A stretch of 64,000 nt of DNA, from NCBI RefSeq assembly GCF_009914755.1, contig NC_060939.1. The stretch is one strand, 5' to 3'. Position numbers and translations under genes: made by a program. Positions 29,501-40,400 of this stretch are shown in pieces (the first letter of the stretch is position 1; each line of letters starts with the position of its first letter). Under the pieces are notes generated by a model, which worked only from the letters and a program-made list of their open reading frames with translations, was not told the DNA's origin and did not search any database. This DNA comes from the human T2T-CHM13v2.0 reference genome, Homo sapiens.

Positions 29501-31657
29501 AGTGGAACGGAATGGAGTGGAATGGAGTGGAATGGAGTGGAGTGGAACAGAATGGAATGGAGTGGAATGGAATGGAGTGGAATGCAACAGAATGGAATGA
29601 AACAGAACGGAATGAAACGGAATGGAGTGGAATGGAGTTGAGTGGAGTGTATAGGACTGCAGTGGAATGGAATAGAATGGAATGGAATGGAGTGGAGTGG
29701 AGTGGAGTGGAATGGATTAGAGTGGAGTGGAGTGGAATGGAGTGGAATATAGAGGAAAGGAATGGAGTGGAGTGGAATAGAAGGGAATGGAAAGGAGCGG
29801 GATGGAAAGTTAAGGAGTGTCATGGAGTGGAGTTGAGTGGAGTGGATCGGATTGCCATGGAATGGAATGGAATGGAATGGAATGGAATGGAACAGAATGG
29901 AAAGTTAAGGAGTGTAGTGGAATGGAGTGGAGTAGAGTGGAGTGGAGTGAAATGGAGTGGAGTGGAATGGAGTGGAATAGAGTGGAGTGGAATGGAATGG
30001 ATTGGAATGGGATGGAATGGAACAGAATGGAATGGAACAGAATGGAAGGGAGCGAAGGGGAGTGCAGTGGAATGGAGTTGCGTGGAGTGGATCAGACTGC
30101 AGAGGAATGGAATAGAATGGAATAGAAGGGAATGGAGTGGAGTGAAGTGGATTGGGGCTCAGTGGAGTGCAGTGGAATGGAGTGGAATGGAGTGGAATGT
30201 AATGGAGTGGATTGGAAGTGAATGAAATGGAATGGAATGCAATGAAATTCAACGGAGTGGAATGGAACGGAATGGAATGGAGTGGAGTTGAGTGCTATGG
30301 AGTGGAGTGGAGTGGAATGGAATGGAGTGGAGTAGAATGGAGTGGAGTGGAGTGGAATGGAATGGAGTGGAATGGAATGGAATGGAACGGAACAGAATGA
30401 AATGGAACAGAGTGGAGTGGAGTGCAGTGGATTGGAGTTCTTTGGAGTGGATGGTAGTGCAGTAGAATGGAAAGGAATGGAATGGAGTGGAGAGGAGTGG
30501 AGTGGAGTGAAGTCGAGTGGAATGGAGTGGAACGGAATGGAGTGGAGTGGAATGGAATGGAATGGAATGGAATGGAACGGAACAGAATGGAATGGAATGG
30601 AACGTAATGGAGTGGAGTGGATTTGAGTGGAGTGCATTGGAGTGCAGTGGAATGCTATTGAATGGAATGGAATGGAATGGAATGGAATGGAATGGAATGG
30701 AATGGAATGGAACAGAATGGAGTGGAGCAGAGTGGAGTTGAGTGGTGTTGAATTGAATGGATCAGATTGCTGTGGAATGGAATGGAGTGTAGTGGAATGG
30801 AGAGGAGTGGAGTGCAGTGTAGTGGAGTGGAGTGGAATGTAAAGGAGTGGAATGGAATGGAATAGTGAAATGAAATGTGATCTAAAATTGTGCCACTGCA
30901 CTCCAGTCTGGATGTAAGAGTGAGATCCAGTCGAAATAAAGGAATGCAACGGAATGGAGTAGAATGGAATGGAATGGATTGGAGTGGAATGGAATGGAGT
31001 GTAATGGAGTGGAGTGCAGTGGAATGGAATGGAGTGGAATGGAGTGGAGTGGAATGGAGTGGAATGGAGTGAAATGGAATGGAGTTTAGTGGAGTGGAGT
31101 GGAGAGGAGTGAAATGGAGTAAAATGGAGTGGAGTGGAGTGGAATGGAATGGAGTGGAATGGAGTGGAATGGAGTGAAATGGAATGGAGTTTAGTGGAGT
31201 GGAGTGGAGAGGAGTGGAATGGAGTAAAATGGAGTGGAGTGGAGTGGAATGGAATGGAGTGGAATGGAATGGAACAGAACGTAACAGAATGGAACGGACT
31301 GGAGTGGAGTGTAGTTGAGTGGAGTGTATTGGAGTGCAGTGGAATGGAATGGATTGGAATGGAATGGAATGGAGTGGACTGGACTGGAGTGGAGTGGAAT
31401 AGAGTATAGTGGAGTGGAATGGAATGGACTGGAGTGGAATGGAGTGGTACGGACTGGAATGGAATGGAACGGAATACAATGCAATTGAAACGAATGGAAT
31501 GGAACGGAATGGAACGGAGTTGAGTGGATTGGAGTGGAGTTGAGTGTAGTGGAGTGGAATGAAATGGAATGGAAAGGAATGGTAAAATGAAATTTGAGCT
31601 AAAATTGTGCCACTGCACTCCTGTCTGGGTGACAGAGTGAAACCCAGTCGAAATAAA
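17586..31657 (+). mobile_element. 16 interspersed copies of a ~65-bp Alu 3'-end cassette, derived variant (ctaag / cagtctgg / atccagtcgaaataaagg)
   Basis: Starts at 17586, 17993, 19230, 20465, 21182, 22844, 24110, 25237, 25828, 26260, 27509, 28326, 28883, 29300, 30877, 31594. Sequence gtgagctaagattgtgccactgcactccagtctgggtgacagagtgagatcc matches the Alu right-arm end. Confidence 0.9.
20003..20082 (+). repeat. Compound perfect STR (TAATG)10(TAGTG)6 inside the pentamer satellite
   Basis: Read directly at 20003-20052 and 20053-20082. Confidence 0.95.
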
Positions 31658-32485
31658 GGAGTGGAAAGGAATGGAGTAGAATGGAATGGAATGGAGTGGA
31701 GTGGAATGGAATGGAGTGGAATCGAGTGAAGTAGAGTGGAATGGAGTGGAGTTGAGTGGAATAGACAGGAGTGGAATGGAACGGAATGGCAAGGAATTGA
31801 GTGGAATGGAGTGGAGTGGAATGGAGTGGAGTGTAATCGAGTAGAATGAAATGAAATGGAATGGAATGGACTGGAGTGGAGTGGAGTAGAGTGGAATAGA
31901 ATGGAATGGAATGGAGTGCAATGGAATGGAATGGAGTTGAATGGAAGGTAATGGAATGGAGTGGAATGGAATGGATTGGAGTGGAATGGAATGGAATGGA
32001 GTGGAGTGGAGAGGAGTGGAGTGGTGTGGAGTGGAATGGAGTGAAATGAAGTGGAATGGAAGGGAGTGGAATGGAGTGGAGTTCAATGGAATGAAAAGGA
32101 ATGGAATGGAATGGAATGGAATGGAACGGAATGGTGTGTAATAGAATGGAATGGAATAGAGTGGAGTGGAATGGAATGAAGTGGAGTGGACTGAAGTGGA
32201 GTGGAGGGGAAAGGAGGGGAATGGAATGGGATGGAATTGAATGGATTGGAGTGGAGTGGAGTGGAGTGGAGTGGAATGGAGTGAAATGGAATGGGATGGA
32301 ATGGAGTGGAGTGGAGTGGTGTGGAGTGGAATGGAGTGGAATGGAATGGAAAGCAATGGAGTGGAATGGAATGGAGTGGAGTGGAATGCAATGGAATGGA
32401 ATTGAAAGGAATGGAATGGAATGGAATGGAATGCAATGGAATGGAATGAAATGGAATGCAATGGAATGGAATGGTGAAATGAAAA

Positions 32486-34310
32486 GTGAGTTGAGATTTT
32501 GCCACTGCACAGCAGCCTGGGTGACGAGTGAGATAATGTCAAAGGAAAGGTAAGGAATGCAATGGAGTGGAATGGAATGGAATTGAATTGAATGGAATGA
32601 AATGGAATGGAATGGAACGTAGTGTAGTGTAGTGGAGTTGATTGGAGTGGAGTGGAGTGCAGTGGAGTGGAATGGAGTGTAATGAAATGGGATATAATCT
32701 AATAGAATGGAGTGGAGTGGAGTGGACTGGAATGGTGTGGAATGACATGGGATGCAATGGAGTGGAGTGGAGTGGAGTGGAGTGGAGTGGAGTGGAGTGG
32801 AATGAAAGGAATGTAGTGGAGTGGAGTGGAGTGGAATGGAATGAAATAGAATAGAATGGAATGGAATGGTGAAATGAAATGTGAGCTGAGATTGTGCCAC
32901 TGCACTCCAGCCTGTGTGACAGAGTGAGATCCTGTCGAAAGAAAGGTATGGAATAAAATGGAATGGAATGAAATGGAATGGAGTGGATGGGAATGAAGTT
33001 TAGTGGAATGTTGTGGAATGGAATGGGATGGAATGGAATGGAATAGAGTGGAGTAGAGTGGATTGGAGTGGAGTGGAGTGGAATGGAGTGGAATAGAATG
33101 GGATTCAAGGGAATGGAGTGGAGTGGAGTAGAGTGGACTGGAATGGAGTGGAATGGAACGGAAAGGAACAGAATGGAATGGAATGGAATGGAGTGGAATG
33201 GAATGGAATGGAATGGAATGGAATGGAATGGTGAAATGAAATGTGAGCTGAGATACTGCCGCTGCACTCCTGCCTGGGTGACACAGTGAGATCCTGTCAA
33301 AAGAAAGGAATGGAATGGAATGGAGTGGAATGGAATGGAATTGAGTGGAGTGGATTGGAGTGGAGAGGAATGGAGCGGAATATGATGGGATGGATTGGAG
33401 TGGAATGAAGTGGAGTGGACTGGACTGGACTGGAGTGGATTGGAGTGGAATCGAGTGGAATGTAATGGGATGGTTTCGGATGGAGTGGAGTGGACTGGAG
33501 GGGATTGTAGTGGAATGGAGTGGATGGAATGGAATGGAGTTGAGTGGAGTGGAGTGGAGTGCAGTGGAATGTTATGGAATGGAATGGAATGGAATGGAAT
33601 GCTGAAGTGAAATGTCAGCTGAGATTGCTCCACTGCGCTCCAGCCTGGGTGACAGGGTGAGATCCTGTTGAAAGAAAGGAATGGAATGGAATGGAGTGGT
33701 GTGGTATGGAATGGAATGGAAGGGAGTGTAGTGTAGTGTACTGTACTGTAGTGGAGTGGAGTGGAGTTGAATGCAATGGGATGGAATGGAAGGGAGTGGA
33801 GTGGAGTGGAGTGGAATGGAATGCAGTGTACTGGAATGGAGTGGGATTGATTGAAATGGAGTGGAGTGCAGTGGAGTGTAGTGAAATGGAATGGAATGGA
33901 GTGGAATGGAACTGAATGGAATGCAATGGAATGGAATGTAGTGGAATGGATTAGAATGGAATGTTGAAATGTAATGTGAGCTGAGATTGTGTCACTTCAC
34001 TCCAGGCTTGTTGACAGGGTGAGATACTGTCAAATGAAGGGAGTAGAATGGAGTGGAGTTGAATGCAATGGGATGGAATAGAATGGAGGGAAGTGGAGTC
34101 GAGTGAAGTGGATTGGAGTGGAGTGGAATGGAGAGAAATGGAATCCAATGGAATGGAATGGAGTGGAGTGAAGTGGAGTGGAGTGGAATGGAATAGAATG
34201 GAAGGGAATGGAATGCAATGGAATGAAACGGAATGGTGAAATGAAATGTGAGCTGAGATTGTGCCACTGCACTGCAGCCTGGGTTCCATAGTGAGATCCT
34301 GTCAAAAGAA
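32486..34310 (+). mobile_element. 6 interspersed copies of the Alu 3'-end cassette, ancestral-like variant (ctgag / cagcctgg / atcctgtcaaaagaaagg)
   Basis: Starts at 32486, 32881, 33243, 33614, 33976, 34248; closer to the Alu consensus than the left-hand copies. Confidence 0.9.
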
Positions 34311-34424
34311 TTGAATGGAATGGAATGGAGTGGAATGGAATGGAACGGAATGGAATGGAGTGGGGTGGAGTGCAGTGGGATGGAATGGAATGGAATGGGA
34401 CAGAATGGAATGCATTGGAGTGGA

Positions 34425-37400
34425 TTGGAGCACTTTGAGGCCTATGGTGGAAAAGTAAATATCTTTACATAAACCTAGAAAGAAGCATTCTGAGAAACTT
34501 CTTTGTGATGTGCGCGTTCTTCTCACGAGTTGAATCTTTCTTTTTATTGAGCAGTTTGGAAACACTCTTTTTATAGAATTTGTAAGTGGACATTTGGAGC
34601 GATTTGAGGCATATTTAAAAAAAAATCTTCACATGAAAACTAGATAGAAGCTTTCTGACAAACTTCTTTGTGATATGTGCATTCATCTCAAAGAGTTGAA
34701 ACTTTCTTTTGATTCAGCAGTTTTGAGACACCCTTTTTGTACTATCTGCAAGTGGACATTTGGCGTGCTTTGAGGCCTATGATGGAAAAGGAAATATCTT
34801 CACAAAAACTAGACAGAAGCGTTCTGACAAATTTCTTTGTGATGTGGGTATTCATCTCACAGGTTTGAACCTTCCATTTGATTGAACATCTTTGAAACAC
34901 TTTGTACAATCTGCATGTGGAAATTGGGAGCGCTTCGAAGCCTATGGTGGAAAAGGAAGTATCTTCTTATAAAAACTATACAGAAACATTCTGACAAACT
35001 TCTTTGTGATGTGTTCATTCATCTCACAGATTTGAACCTTTCTTTTCATTGAGCAGTTTTGAAACACGTTTTTGTAGAATCTGCAATTGTATATTTGGAG
35101 AGTTTTCAGGCCTACGGTGGAAAAGGAAATATCTTCACATAAAAACTAAACAGAAGCATTCTGAGAAACTTCTTCGTGATGTGTGCATTCACCTCACATA
35201 GTTGAAATTTTCTTTTGATTGAGCAGTTTGGAAAAACTCTTTTTGCAGAATCTGCAGGTGGACATTTTGAGTACTGTGAGGCCTAGTGTGGAAAAGGAAA
35301 CATCTTCACACTAAAGCTAGACAGAATCATTCTGACAAACTTCTTTGGGATGTGTGCATTCACCTGACAGAGTTGAAACTTTCTTTTGATTGATCAGCTT
35401 TGAAACACATTTTGTAGAATTTGCAAGAGGACATTTGGAGGGCTTTGAGGCCTATGGTGGAAAAGAAAATATCTTCACTTAAGTGCTAGACAGAAGCATT
35501 CTGAAAACCTTCTTTGTGATGTGTGCATTCATCTCAGAGAAGTGAACCTTACTTTTGATTGAACTGTTTTGAAACCCTCTTGTTGTAGAATCTACAATAG
35601 GACATTTGGAGCCCTTTGTGGACTATGGTGGAAAAGGAAATATCTTCACATAAAAACTAGTCAGAAGATTTCTGACAAACTTCTTTGGGAGGTGTGCATT
35701 CATCTCACAGAGTTGAACGTTACGTTCAATTGAGCAGTTTTGAAACACATTTTTTGTAGAATTTGCAGGTGGACATCTGGAGTGCTTTGAGACCTAAGTT
35801 GGAAAATGAGATATCTTCACATAATAAATAGAAGCATTCTGAGAAACTACTTTGTGATGTGTGCATTTATCTCACAGAGTTGAAACTTTATTTTGATTGA
35901 GTAGCTTTGAAACACTCTTTTGGTAGACCCTGCAAGTGGACATTTGGAGTGCTATGAAGTCTATGGTGGAAAAGAAGTACATATCTTAACATAAAATCTC
36001 TACAGAAACATTCTGAGAAACTTCTTTGTGATGTGTGCATTCATCTCACAAAGCTGAAACTTTCTTTTGATTGAGCATTTTTGGAACACTCTTTTTGTAG
36101 TATCTGAAAGTGTACATTTGGATCGCTTTGGGGCCTATGGTGGAAAAGGAAATATCTTCACAAAAAAACTAGACATAATCATTCTGAGAAAATTCTTTGT
36201 GATAGTTGCATTCATCTTAGAGAGTTGAACCTTTCTTTCGATTGAGCAGTTTTGAAAAACTCATTTGTAGAATCTGCAATTGGTCATTTGGAACGCTTAG
36301 AGGTCTATGGTGGAAAAGGAAATATCTTCCAATAAAAACTAGACAGAAGCATTCTGAGAAACTTCTTTATGATGTGTGCACTCATCTCACAGACTCGCAA
36401 CTTTCTTTTGATTGAGCAGTTTGGAAACACTCTTTTTGTAGAATCTGCAAGTGGACATTTGGAGTGTCATACTGCCTATAGTGGAAAAGGAAATATCTTC
36501 ACATAAAAACTAGACAAACATTCTCAGCAACTCCTTTGTCGTGTGTGCATTCACGTGACAGAGTTGAAATTTTCTTATGTTGAGCAGTTTTGAAACATTC
36601 TTTTTTAGAATCTGCAAGTGGATACTTGGAGTGCTTTGAGGTCTTTTTTGGAAAAGGAAATATCTTCACATAAAAACTAGACAGAAGCATTCTGAGAAAA
36701 TTCTTTGTGATGTATCCATGCATCTCACAGAGTTGGAGATTTTTCGATTGAGCAGTTTTGAAATACTCCTTTTGTAGAATCTACAAGTGGTCATTTTGAG
36801 AGCTTTAAGGCCTATGGTAGAAAAGGAAATATCTTCACATAAAATCTAGACAGAAGCAAACTGAGAAACTTCTTTGTGATGTGTGCATTCATCTCACATA
36901 GTTAAAACTTCCTTTTATTGAGCAGTTCGGAAACACACTATTGGTAGAATCTGCAAGTGGACATTTGGAGCGTTTTGAGGCCTATGGTGGAAAAGAAAAT
37001 ATCTTCACATAAAATCTAGAGAGAAGCAATCTGAGAAACTTCTTTGTGATGTGTGCATTCATCTCAGAGAGTGAAACCTTTCTTTTGATTGAGCAGTTCT
37101 GAAACTCTTTTTGTTGAATCTTCAATAGGAAATTGGGAGTGCTTTGAGGCCTATGGTGGAAAAGGAAATATCTTACCATAAAAACAAGACAGAAGAAATC
37201 TGAGAAACTTTTTGGTGATGTGTGCATTCATCTCACAGAGTTGAACCTTTCTTTTGATTGAGCAGTTTTCAAACACTCCTTTTGTAGAATTGCAAGTGGA
37301 CATTTGGAGCGCTTTGCAGCCTATGGTAACAAAGGAAATATCTTCACATAAAATCGAGACAGAAGCAATCTGAGAAACTTCTTTGTTATGTGTGCATTCA

Positions 37401-40400
37401 CCTCACAGAGTTAAATATTTCTTTTGATGAAGCAGTTTTGAAACTCTCTTTTCGTAGATCCTGCAACTGGACATTTGGAGTGATTTGAGGTCTATAGTGG
37501 AAAAGGAAATACCTTCACATGAAAACTAGACAGAAGAATTCTGAGAAACTTCTTTGTGACTCATACGTTCATCATACAGAGTTGAACCTTTCTTTTGATG
37601 GAGCAGTTCTGAAACTCTCTTTTTGTAGGATCTGCAAGTGGACTTTTGGAGCACTTTGAAGCCTATGGTGTAAAAAGAAATATCTTCAAATAAAAACCAG
37701 GTAGAGGCTTTCTGAGAAACTTCCTTGTGATATGTGCATTCATCTCCCTGAGTTGAGCATTTCTTTCGAAGGACCAGTTTTGTAATACTCTTTTTGTATA
37801 ATCTGCAAGTGGACATTTCAAGCGTCTTGGGGCCTATGGTGAAAAAGAAAATATCTTCACATAAAAACTGGACAGAAGCATTCTGAGAAACCTCTTTGTG
37901 ATGTGTGCATTCATATCTCAAAGTTGAATCTTTCTTTTGAAGGACCACTTTTGAAATCCTCTTTTTGAAGAATCTGCAAGCAGACATTTTGTGCGCCTTG
38001 AGGCCTATGCTGCAAAAGGAAATATCTTCACATAAAATCTAGACAGAAGCAATCTGAGAAACTTCCTTGTGATGTGTTCATTTATCTCACAGAGTTAAAC
38101 CTTTCTTTTTGTTGAGCAGTTTTGAAACTCTCTTTTTGTAGAATCTGTAAGTGGACATTTGGTGCGATTTGAAGCCTATGGTGGAAAAGGAAATATCTTC
38201 ACATAAATACCAGATAGAAATATTCTGAGAAACTTCTTTGTAATGTGTGCATTCATCTCAAGAGTTGGACCAGTTTTGAAATACTCCTTTTGTAGAATCT
38301 GCAAGTGGACATTTCAAGCGCCTTGAGGCCTATGGTGGAAAAGAAAATATCTTCATATAAAAACCAGACAGAAGAATTCTGATAAACTTCTTTGTTATGT
38401 GTGCATTCATCTTACAGAGTTGAACCTTTCTTTTCAATGAGCAGTTTGGAAACATTACATTTTTAGAAACTGCAAGTGGAGATTTGGAGTGCTTTGTGGC
38501 CTATGGTAGAAAAGGAAATAACTTCACATAAAATCTAGACAGAAGAAATCTGAGAAACCTTTTCATGGTGTGTGCATTCATCTCCCAGAATTTAAGCTTT
38601 CCTTTGATGGATCAGTTTTGGAATACTCTTTTTGTAGAATCTGCAAGTGGACATTTCGAGAACCTTGAGGCCTATAGAGGGAAAAGAAATACTTTCACAT
38701 TAAAACGAGACAGAAGAATTTTGAGAAACATCTTTGTGATTCGTGCATTCATAACACAGAGTTGAAGCTTTCTTTTGATTGTGCAGTTTGGAAACTCTCT
38801 TTTTGTAGGATCTGCCAGTGGACATTTGGTGCGCTTTGCGGCCTATGGTAGAAAAGGAAATCTCTTCACAGAAATCTAGACAGAAGCAATCTGAGAAACT
38901 TTTTTGTGATGTGTGCATTCATCTCACACAGTGAAACCTTTCTTTTGATGGAGTAGTTTTGAAATTTTCTTTTCGTGGAATCTGCAAATTGACATTAGGA
39001 GCGCTTTGAGGCCTTAGGAGGTAAAGGAAATATGTTCACATAAAAACTAGACTGAAAAATTCTGAGAACCTGCTTTGTGATGTGTGCATTCATCTAACAG
39101 AGTTGAACCTTTCTTTTAATGGACCAGTTTTGAAATACTCTTTTTGTAGAATCTGCAAGGGGACATTTCGTGCACCTTGAGGCCTGTAGAGGGAAAAGAA
39201 ATACTTTCACATTAAAACGAGACGGAAGGATTTTGAGAAACTTCTTTGTGATTTGTGCTTTCATATCACAAATTTGAAACTTTCTTTTGATTGTGCAGTT
39301 TGGAAACTCTCTTTTTGTAGGACCTGCAAGGGGACATTTGGAGCGCTTTGAGGCCTATGATGGAAAAGGAAATATCTTCACATAAAAACAAGATTGAAGC
39401 ATTCAGAGAAACTTCTTTGGATGTGTGCATTCATCTCCAAGGTTTGAAACTTCCTTTTGATGTACGAGTTTTGAAATACTCTTTTTGTAGTATCTGCAAG
39501 TGGACATTTGGAGTGCCTTGGGGCCTATGGTAGAAAAGGATATATCTTCACTTAAAATCTAGACAGAAGTAATCTGAGAAACTTCTTTGTGATGTGTGCA
39601 TTCATCTCCAAGAGTTAAAACTTCCTTTTGATTTACCAGTTTTGAAATACTCTTTTTGTAGGGTCTGCAAGTGGACATTTGGAGCACCTTGGAGGCTATA
39701 GTAGAAAAGGATATATCTTCATTTAAAATCTAGACAAAAGCAATCTGAGAAACTTCTTTGTGATGTGTGCATTCATGTCACAGAGTTAAAACTTTCTTTT
39801 GATTCAGCAGTTTTGAAACACTCTTTTGTAGAATCTGCAAGTGGAGATTAAGAGCCCTTTGAGGCCTACGGTGGAAAACAAAATATCGTCACATATAAAC
39901 TAGTCAGAAGAATTCTGAGTAACTTCTTGTGAAGCATGCATTCATCTCACAGAGTTGAACCTTTCTTTTGATTGAGCAGTTTAGAGACACCCTTTTGTAA
40001 AATCTCCCAGTGGACATTGGGAGCACTTTGCGGCCTATGGTAGAAAAGGAAATATCTTCACATAAATTTTTGACAGAAGAAGTCTGAGAAACTTCTTTGT
40101 GATGTGTGCATTCATCTCAAAGAGTGAAACCTTTCTTTTGATGGAGTAGTTTTGAAATTTCTTTTTTGTGGAATCTGCAATTTCACATTGGGAGCTCTTT
40201 GAGGCTTAAGGTGGAAAAGGAAATGTGTTCACATAAAAACTAGACAGAAGAATTCTGAGAAACTTCTTTGTGATATGTGCATTTATCTCACAGAATTAAA
40301 CCTTTCTTTTGATTGAGCACTTTTAATACTCTCTTTTTGTAGGGTCTGCAAGTGGATATTTGGAGCACTTTGAGGCCTGAAGTGGAAAAGGAAATATGTT

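Larger units (their letters stand above)
16157..34424 (+). repeat. Divergent pentamer satellite (GGAAT/GGAGT)n, HSat3-like, G-rich strand on +
   Basis: Continuous 5-bp periodicity; recurrent motif gagttgagtggagtggatcggagtgcagtggaatgg. I did not see the HSat2 GAATCATC motif or the canonical HSat3 CAACCCGAGT decamer. Confidence 0.93.

Noticed and set aside
16171-34305. Long ORFs (up to 816 aa) of HSIPFHSTPL / MEWNGVEWS type
   Set aside because: They are translations of (ATTCC/ACTCC)n pentamers, which lack stop codons by composition. ORFs occur in all frames and show no gene features.
17586-34310. Constant cassette plus variable spacer architecture resembling a CRISPR array
   Set aside because: Eukaryotic satellite. 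The repeat is Alu-derived, the spacers are 0.2-1.6 kb of pentamer repeat, and there are no cas genes.
16157-34424. HSat2 or DYZ1 assignment
   Set aside because: The HSat2 motif was not seen. The ~3.6-kb offset is variable and local and does not by itself identify DYZ1. The chromosome cannot be assigned from sequence alone.
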